From NCBI GenBank assembly GCA_964462535.1, contig CAYWXV010000001.1:165380-229379 (forward strand): 64,000 nucleotides of DNA, written 5' to 3'. The notes beneath the pieces were generated by a model. That model ran no database searches and had not been told where the DNA came from. It worked only from the letters and a program-made list of their open reading frames with translations. A program made the position numbers and the translations under genes. The DNA is from an uncultured Alphaproteobacteria bacterium. Lineage in GTDB: Bacteria > Bacteroidota > Ignavibacteria > OLB7. Shown piece by piece: positions 57,886 to 64,000 of this stretch (the stretch's first letter is position 1; each line of letters opens with the position of its first letter).

Positions 57886-60489
57886 TTACTCAGCGGCCGT
57901 TGCGGGATGGAGTCGCGTCGTTGAAGATATTCCGGGTCCGGAAGGGGCACTCCTCTGCAGCGCAACGTATCCATTGCTCGTCCACAGTATCGTCTGGTTG
58001 GAGTAGAACTCGTTTAATGGTTGACCACTTGCACCCGAGGTTACGACACTCCGCACAAACGCCGTAGAGTCACCGAAGTCGACAATCTGCCGCATGGTCG
58101 GTCCCACCCGCACATCGTAGGGGCGGGCAAAGTCCCACTCACCATTGTTGATGGTGCCGTTTGCACCACCAACCTCGTAGGGTCCGATGTTGACAATGTT
58201 TCTGAGCTTCTCATTTGATGAGAATGGATGCCTGAATGTCAGCTGGTGGATCGCACCGTAGCTCCACCTGTCGATCGCCCACGTATCGAAACGACGGTGA
58301 AGGGTATCGAGCGCTGCACCCAAGGACCGACGCAAGATATCGTCACGGCGCTCGACCCTGTCAGTCGTCGACACGTCGTCAAACCATCTGCTATCGAGCA
58401 TGACGTGATATCGAAGGGCACGCATTGGATGTAGGGCCAGGAAGACCCAGCGGTCAAATAGCTCGGGTCCCATCTCGTCCCTGTATGTCGCCTGTATCAC
58501 GGTCTGGAGCCATACTGCGGCAATCGCACCCTCCGGACCCCCATCGCGCATACCTGCATCCCAGTTCTTCAAACGAGTCAAAGCGTCGCGCACGGCCGAA
58601 CCCTGTCGGGCACTGTCGGGAAATGCTCGCAATAGATAGCCGATCAGAAAGCGCATGTGTGGGGAGACCACGTCAGCCTGTATTTGCCCGAAGTCGGTCA
58701 CGTTGAATCCGTTCCCTTCCTTCAGCAACTCTCCCAGACGAATGGCGCGTGAGGGATCTTCCCATAGCTCACTAATTGTGTACGATGTCGCATTGGCCAC
58801 CTTGTTGTTGGCCGCTGCGACGTACCCTTCGGGGGGGCTGGTAAGCGAAGGAAGGCGATCCATGGGCACAAGCCCGTGCCAGTCCGATTGCGACTCCCAT
58901 CCCCGCCGCGGGACCGGACTCCACTCTCGTTGTGGAATGGAGGCAGTCGGTACGTAGGCGATCGTGCCTGCCGAGTCGGCGTAGACAACCGATATCCCTG
59001 GAACACCCCCTTTGCGTGCCCCCGTCGTGAACGTCTTCAGGTCGCGTGATTCGTTCAGTTCCTGAAGGGCGGTCAGCTCATTCGTGGGTTGAGCGCCAAC
59101 CCACTGCATGGAAATCACGGTGTCCCTTGAGGTTCCCCATGAAGAAGCGTTCATTCGGTCTTTTCCGATCCAGGGATCCACGTCCGAGATCACGGGGCCA
59201 TGCCGCGTGATGCGCACAACTATCGGAACTGACGCTGAGTCCTTGACATCGATGGTGTCGCGCAGCTGACGCAGGGACTCCCACCGACCGTCTCGCAAGA
59301 CTTTTCGACGATCGGCCGAATCGAGCACCTCGACGAAGAAGTCGGTCTGGTCCGCCATCATTGCTGTGACTCCCCACGCAACGTTATCGTTCCGCCCCGA
59401 GATGACGAACGGTATCCCCGGAAGGGTCACCCCGGCTAGATGCCGCCCACCGTAGGCGACAACTGCCTGATACCATCGACATGGAGCGGAATGAGGAAGA
59501 TGGGGGTCATTGGCGAGCATCGGGCGCCCGCTCTCAGTTCGGTTTCCGGACAAGGCCCACGCGTTAGATCCGATCTGGGGTCCATCCAACCCGATCTCCT
59601 GCCGGTATTCGCGTTCCATGTCCATGATGCGTCCCACGCCTCGAAGGGTGGTGGCGGTGCGCGTGGTATCGATTCCTTGGAGTGAATCTGACACCTCCGG
59701 GGCCCCGTGCCGAATCGAGTCAGTGCGCACGTTGGCGTCCACTCCCTGAAGAAGGGGCTCGGGGCGTTGTCCCCCAGGTACTATTGTGGGGCCGTCGGTC
59801 GGATAATAGGGAAGGATCTCCTGGAAGCGGACTGAGTCGACTCGTGAGGAGATGTCGGCATACACGATATCACTCCACATCGACAGATTCAGTTCCCATC
59901 CGAGCATGCGGACTACCAGAACGGAATGAAGCGGAGTCCATTCATCCGGCTCGTAACCCAGGGCGTCGAACTCTATCGGGAGGCGTCCGTGATGATCGCG
60001 TATACATGCATTCACCCCGCGAGCGTAGGCATCGAGGATCTGGCGCGTCTTTCTGGGCATTTGCGCGAGGATTGCTTCGGCGGTTCTAGTGAATCCGACC
60101 GTCCGCATGAAGGCGTCGAAACCGAGAGCGCGTCGGCCGAATATCTCGGACAGACGTCCCTCCGCAGCTCGCCTGGTGAGGTCCATTTGCCACAATCGAT
60201 CTTGTGCGTGTGCATAGCCCAGCGCGGCCCACGCATCGGCTGAATTCGATGCCGAGATATAGGGGATACCATAGGCATCTCGCACGATGTCGACATCGGC
60301 ATGAAGCCCGATAACGTCGGCGTCTGTTTCTCCGTCAGCAATGAAGGATCGGCCAATGAGTTCAACGCCGAGCCAGGTAAGTGCAAGAATGACGGTTCCG
60401 AAGACTACGATCGTCCCAGTCAGTGAAAAACGACGCATCGGCGAGTGGGAGGGGGGAATGTGCGAGCGACTGCCGCACGCTCCAAGCAA
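57886..60489 (-). CDS. Penicillin-acylase-family (S45 Ntn-hydrolase) protein, of the acyl-homoserine-lactone or beta-lactam acylase type; secreted or membrane-anchored.
   Basis: N-terminal TM/signal. The Ntn nucleophile context IGSNAWALSGNRTESGRPMLANDPHL is the S45 hallmark. 867 aa. Confidence 0.8.
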   Translation of the reverse strand: MLGACGSRSHIPPSHSPMRRFSLTGTIVVFGTVILALTWLGVELIGRSFIADGETDADVIGLHADVDIVRDAYGIPYISASNSADAWAALGYAHAQDRLWQMDLTRRAAEGRLSEIFGRRALGFDAFMRTVGFTRTAEAILAQMPRKTRQILDAYARGVNACIRDHHGRLPIEFDALGYEPDEWTPLHSVLVVRMLGWELNLSMWSDIVYADISSRVDSVRFQEILPYYPTDGPTIVPGGQRPEPLLQGVDANVRTDSIRHGAPEVSDSLQGIDTTRTATTLRGVGRIMDMEREYRQEIGLDGPQIGSNAWALSGNRTESGRPMLANDPHLPHSAPCRWYQAVVAYGGRHLAGVTLPGIPFVISGRNDNVAWGVTAMMADQTDFFVEVLDSADRRKVLRDGRWESLRQLRDTIDVKDSASVPIVVRITRHGPVISDVDPWIGKDRMNASSWGTSRDTVISMQWVGAQPTNELTALQELNESRDLKTFTTGARKGGVPGISVVYADSAGTIAYVPTASIPQREWSPVPRRGWESQSDWHGLVPMDRLPSLTSPPEGYVAAANNKVANATSYTISELWEDPSRAIRLGELLKEGNGFNVTDFGQIQADVVSPHMRFLIGYLLRAFPDSARQGSAVRDALTRLKNWDAGMRDGGPEGAIAAVWLQTVIQATYRDEMGPELFDRWVFLALHPMRALRYHVMLDSRWFDDVSTTDRVERRDDILRRSLGAALDTLHRRFDTWAIDRWSYGAIHQLTFRHPFSSNEKLRNIVNIGPYEVGGANGTINNGEWDFARPYDVRVGPTMRQIVDFGDSTAFVRSVVTSGASGQPLNEFYSNQTILWTSNGYVALQRSAPSGPGISSTTRLHPATAAE

Positions 60490-60539
60490 GCGTGCGGCAG
60501 TCGATTATGCAACGTGCAATGATACGATACCGGATGAAT

Positions 60540-61973
60540 TCAACGGGAGATTTCCCGCGCAGCGATCCTCATGATTTCGGCCCCCGTGTCGATCTCCTCA
60601 GCTGTGATCGTCAATGGTGGTCGGAAGCGAATTGAATGGGACCCGCAAGGGATGATAATCAGCCCATGATCATAGCAATGGCGTCTGAAATCGTCCCTTT
60701 GTTCCATTGTTGGAAGATCAAACGCGCAGAGTAGACCCCTCCCTCTAGCGTTCGTCAGAAGGCTGGGGAACTCCGTGTCGATCTCGTCGATCTTCTTGAG
60801 CAAATGCGCGCCAACGGTCGCCGCATTCTCCACCAGGCCATCAGCCTCGATGATCTCCAGGAGTCGCGTGAATCGAACCATGTCGACAAGGTTGCCTCCC
60901 CACGTCGAATTGATACGGCTATGTGTATGGAAGACGTTGTTGGGGACGTCATCGACGCGATTGGTGACGAGGATGCCGCACACCTGTGTCTTCTTCCCAA
61001 AGACCATGATGTCTGGGACCACACCCAGCGCCTGGTGCGCCCACATGCTCCCTGTCAGTCCAATGCCGGTCTGCACTTCATCGAAAATCAACAGCGCGTC
61101 GAACTCGTCACAGAGAGCGCGAAGACCTGCCAGATACTCTGGGCGGAAATGGTTGTCGCCCCCCTCCGCTTGAATCGGCTCGATGATGACGCAGGCAATC
61201 TCATCCCTGTTGTCAATGAAAGCCTGCCGCACGGCGGCCAGGGATTGTTCCTCGTCGGCCACGGTTGCGTCGAGATTTCCACCTTCAAGAGGAAACCTGG
61301 CAATGGCCGGCTCTATTCGTGGCCAATCGTTGAACTTCGGGAAGTAGTCGGTCTTTGCCGGATCGGTGTTGGTCAACGAGAGCGTGTACCCGCTTCTTCC
61401 GTGGAACGCATGTCTGAAATGGAGGACCTTGTGGCCAACCTCGGTTGCGTAGCCCTTCGTGAAGTTCTTCCTCACCTTCCAGTCGAACGACACCTTCAGC
61501 GCGTTTTCAACGGCTGCAGCCCCACCCTCGATATAGAACGAGTAACGGAAATGGTCTGGGACCGCAACACGAAAAAACGTCTTCACGAACTCCGCCAGTT
61601 CTACCGTATAGATGTCGGAATTTGAAGGTTTGTGGAGAGCAACCCGCCCGATTCGCTCTATGAACTCCGGAGTACGGATTCCGGGGTGGTTCATCCCAAT
61701 GGGGTTGGAGGCGAAGAAGGAGAAGAAATCGAGGAACTCGCGGTCGTGCGCCGAGTCGTAGAGCCAGACACCGTGACTTCTGTCCAGGTCCAGTACCAGA
61801 TCGTATCCGTCGGCGAACATGTGCCTGCCAAGGATGTCGTGGACATCTGATGGTGCCGTTTTGGACGGCACCGGGGCCGCGACACGGTCCGCATCGGGTT
61901 CGATCGTTCTATGTATTGACATTGGAAATCTCCCTGTTGAATGATCATTCACTCGTTTCCGTATGGCTGACAT
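60540..61973 (-). CDS. lat: Class-III aminotransferase, L-lysine 6-transaminase (LAT)-like.
   Basis: KVLHFRHAFHGRSGYTLSLTNTDP and the PLP-lysine context MVFGKKTQVCG match lysine-epsilon aminotransferases as I recall them. Confidence 0.65.
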   Translation of the reverse strand: MSAIRKRVNDHSTGRFPMSIHRTIEPDADRVAAPVPSKTAPSDVHDILGRHMFADGYDLVLDLDRSHGVWLYDSAHDREFLDFFSFFASNPIGMNHPGIRTPEFIERIGRVALHKPSNSDIYTVELAEFVKTFFRVAVPDHFRYSFYIEGGAAAVENALKVSFDWKVRKNFTKGYATEVGHKVLHFRHAFHGRSGYTLSLTNTDPAKTDYFPKFNDWPRIEPAIARFPLEGGNLDATVADEEQSLAAVRQAFIDNRDEIACVIIEPIQAEGGDNHFRPEYLAGLRALCDEFDALLIFDEVQTGIGLTGSMWAHQALGVVPDIMVFGKKTQVCGILVTNRVDDVPNNVFHTHSRINSTWGGNLVDMVRFTRLLEIIEADGLVENAATVGAHLLKKIDEIDTEFPSLLTNARGRGLLCAFDLPTMEQRDDFRRHCYDHGLIIIPCGSHSIRFRPPLTITAEEIDTGAEIMRIAAREISR

Positions 61974-62320
61974 ACGGATTCAGCAATCCGCACGACGGCC
62001 CCCGCGCCCGTGTTCCACGGGTTATCAGACGACGACGGAGGGAGATGGAGGTAGGGTGATGAGGCTACGCCAGCGAAGGAGGCGCTTCTGACAGCGCGCA
62101 TGCGAAATGAACGATCCTCCGCGGATCGTACCTCGCATTGAGAGGGCGCCGGTGCTGTGTAGAGTAAGGATTCGCATGGAAGGTCATGGACCCGAGACTC
62201 AATATAGCAGCGGCGCCTCGGAGATTTCAACGCTTGCGGGGGACGGATTCACCTCGCAACGATTTGGTGAACCCGATTGGGACTAACTTCCGGGTCAATC
62301 CAAAATAGAGGACTGTAGAA

Positions 62321-64000
62321 TTGCCACGCAAAGTCAGTCTGCCAACAGCGGCTGCACCGGTCACCAAGACCACAAGCCCCCCCACAAAGCGGGTGCGAAA
62401 GAAGAAGGAGGTGCCCGAATCACCTGCCAATGGACCCGCGAGCAGCCCCTTGTCCCCACCGCCCAAGCATGACACCACTCGGCTGGTGGTGCGCGGAGCG
62501 CGACTACACAATCTGAAGAACGTATCGATCGACCTTCCGCGAAATCGACTGATCGTGTTTACGGGGGTGTCAGGGTCTGGTAAGTCAAGCCTCGCCTTCA
62601 ACACCATCTACGCTGAAGGCCAGCGTCGGTACGTTGAATCGCTGTCCGCATATGCTCGACAGTTCCTGGCCCGCATGGCGAAGCCCGATGTGGATTCGAT
62701 CTCCGGTCTTGCCCCTGCGATCGCAATCGAGCAGAGGACGATTTCGAAGAACCCTCGCTCCACCGTCGGAACCACGGCCGAGGTGTATGATTACATGCGC
62801 CTTCTCTACGCCCGCATAGGGAAGACGAGTTGCCATCGATGTGGGAAAGAAGTGACCAAGGCCACGCCGCACCAGATACGCGAGTGGTCTTCATCGCTGG
62901 ACGAAGGCTCCAGGCTGATTGTGATGTTCCCACTCCCGGATCGAGACGATAGAACCCAGGTGCAGGCGTTCGACACGCTGCGCGAGCGGGGTTTCTTCCG
63001 CGTGATCGTTGGCGAAGGCACGGACATAGTCGATCTCAACGACGGGTATCCGAAGACCGCTCGTACTGACGAAGTGTTTGTGGTTGCTGATCGAGTGGTC
63101 GTCCGCCACGAGCGTGCGGCCGAAGGACGCGTGGCCGACGCTGCCGAAACGGCCCTTCGCGAGGGGGACGGCCGTGTTGTGATCCATGTGATAGACACCG
63201 GAGATCGCGTCCGCTACAGTTCTCGCTTCGAATGCGCGGACTGCGATATCCGCTACGAGGAACCGCAACCCAAGCTCTTCAGCTTCAACAATCCCTTCGG
63301 AGCCTGCCCTGACTGCCAGGGATTCGGACGGGCTATTGGCGTCGATCTCGATCTGATCATTCCGGACCGAACACGGTCGCTAAGATCGGGCGCGATCGCT
63401 CCGTTCGCGACACCGAAGCACGCTGAGCACTATCGGAAGCTGATGGCCGTGGCACGTTCGGCAGGTCTGAACGTCGACAAGCCAGTGTCGGAACTGAGCG
63501 CCGATGAGTGGAAGATTGTAATGAAGGGGAGCGGTGACTATATCGGTGTCGACCGGTTCTTCAAGTGGGTCGAGGAGCAGACCTACAAAATGCACTACCG
63601 GGTCTTCCTCTCACGGTATAGGGGCTACACAACCTGCGCACGCTGCCGTGGATCGCGCCTGAGGACATCGGCGATGCAGGTGTTCGTCCACGGGATGTCG
63701 ATCCCGGACCTTGTCCAGCTGACGATCGCGGAGGCAAACGCCTGGTTTAACTCACTGCAACTATCCGAGTACGAGGAGGCAGTCGCCAAGCGAATTCTCA
63801 CGGAGATCCGGAAGAGGATTCGCTATCTGGACGAAGTGGGCCTGGGCTACCTTCGTCTCGACCGGTTGAGTCACACGTTGTCCGGTGGCGAATCGCAGCG
63901 GATTTCATTGGCCACGTCGATAGGATCCGCACTTGTCGGAGCAATGTATATCCTCGATGAACCCTCCATTGGGCTGCATCCGCGGGACACTTCGCGCCTT
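62321..64000 (+). CDS. uvrA: Excinuclease ABC subunit A (the 3' end runs off the window). The TTG start at 62321 has a good SD (GAGGA); an alternative GTG at about 62486 would give a canonical N-terminus.
   Basis: VRGARLHNLKNVSIDLPRNRLIVFTGVSGSGKSSLAFNTIYAEGQRRYVESLSAYARQFL. Zinc-finger Cys pairs (CHRCGK...). Absent from the ORF track because no stop lies in the window. Confidence 0.9.
   Translation, partial: MPRKVSLPTAAAPVTKTTSPPTKRVRKKKEVPESPANGPASSPLSPPPKHDTTRLVVRGARLHNLKNVSIDLPRNRLIVFTGVSGSGKSSLAFNTIYAEGQRRYVESLSAYARQFLARMAKPDVDSISGLAPAIAIEQRTISKNPRSTVGTTAEVYDYMRLLYARIGKTSCHRCGKEVTKATPHQIREWSSSLDEGSRLIVMFPLPDRDDRTQVQAFDTLRERGFFRVIVGEGTDIVDLNDGYPKTARTDEVFVVADRVVVRHERAAEGRVADAAETALREGDGRVVIHVIDTGDRVRYSSRFECADCDIRYEEPQPKLFSFNNPFGACPDCQGFGRAIGVDLDLIIPDRTRSLRSGAIAPFATPKHAEHYRKLMAVARSAGLNVDKPVSELSADEWKIVMKGSGDYIGVDRFFKWVEEQTYKMHYRVFLSRYRGYTTCARCRGSRLRTSAMQVFVHGMSIPDLVQLTIAEANAWFNSLQLSEYEEAVAKRILTEIRKRIRYLDEVGLGYLRLDRLSHTLSGGESQRISLATSIGSALVGAMYILDEPSIGLHPRDTSRL

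Overview
The window is GC-rich (about 60%) bacterial chromosomal DNA. It is densely packed, mostly with plus-strand housekeeping genes, and I see no prophage, IS element or CRISPR array. Gene content suggests an organism in the Bacteroidota/Rhodothermota-like (FCB) group. The pointers are a T9SS-type C-terminal sorting domain on a secreted beta-propeller protein, a PorV/PorQ-like outer membrane beta-barrel, a DUF3276 (Pur-alpha-like) protein, fused E1 alpha/beta 2-oxoacid dehydrogenase, and weak or absent Shine-Dalgarno use; this placement is an inference. Genes I can read, in order: a truncated alpha-glucan phosphorylase (minus strand, not in the ORF track); a TlpA-like thioredoxin lipoprotein; a TrmH-family methyltransferase; a metallophosphoesterase; an ECF sigma factor with a putative anti-sigma and an LTXXQ (Spy/CpxP-like) periplasmic protein; a mycobacterial-type ergothioneine locus (egtB-egtD-egtA, then lpdA, a DinB-family gene and lipB, then egtC); nuoL-nuoM-nuoN; hrcA-grpE-dnaJ; an MsbA-like ABC exporter; secA; an SLBB-domain protein and an orphan sugar-binding protein; a trans-sulfuration PLP enzyme; a clear DprE2/DprE1-like pair (SDR reductase plus FAD oxidase, the decaprenylphosphoryl-ribose 2'-epimerase type); a DUF547 protein; ribH; a T9SS-type beta-propeller cargo protein; a DUF3276 protein; a catalytically degenerate 3-hydroxyacyl-CoA dehydrogenase homologue followed by thiolase; a PorV-like outer membrane protein; tRNA-Gly(GCC) and tRNA-Ser(GGA), each followed by a textbook intrinsic terminator; an isocitrate/isopropylmalate dehydrogenase-family enzyme; an LbH nucleotidyltransferase-like protein; fused E1 alpha/beta; a GT-C-like membrane protein; an NfeD protease; an Omp85-like protein; prfB with the canonical programmed +1 frameshift (CTT TGA C); a minus-strand mnmA, MoxR-type AAA+ ATPase and VWA-protein module; a penicillin-acylase-family Ntn hydrolase; L-lysine 6-aminotransferase; and the 5' part of uvrA. 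The best candidates for something not yet described are the AAA+/VWA pair co-oriented with mnmA, the DinB-family gene inside the ergothioneine locus, the DprE1/DprE2 pair in a non-actinobacterial context, and the pseudo-dehydrogenase next to thiolase. None is proven from sequence alone.
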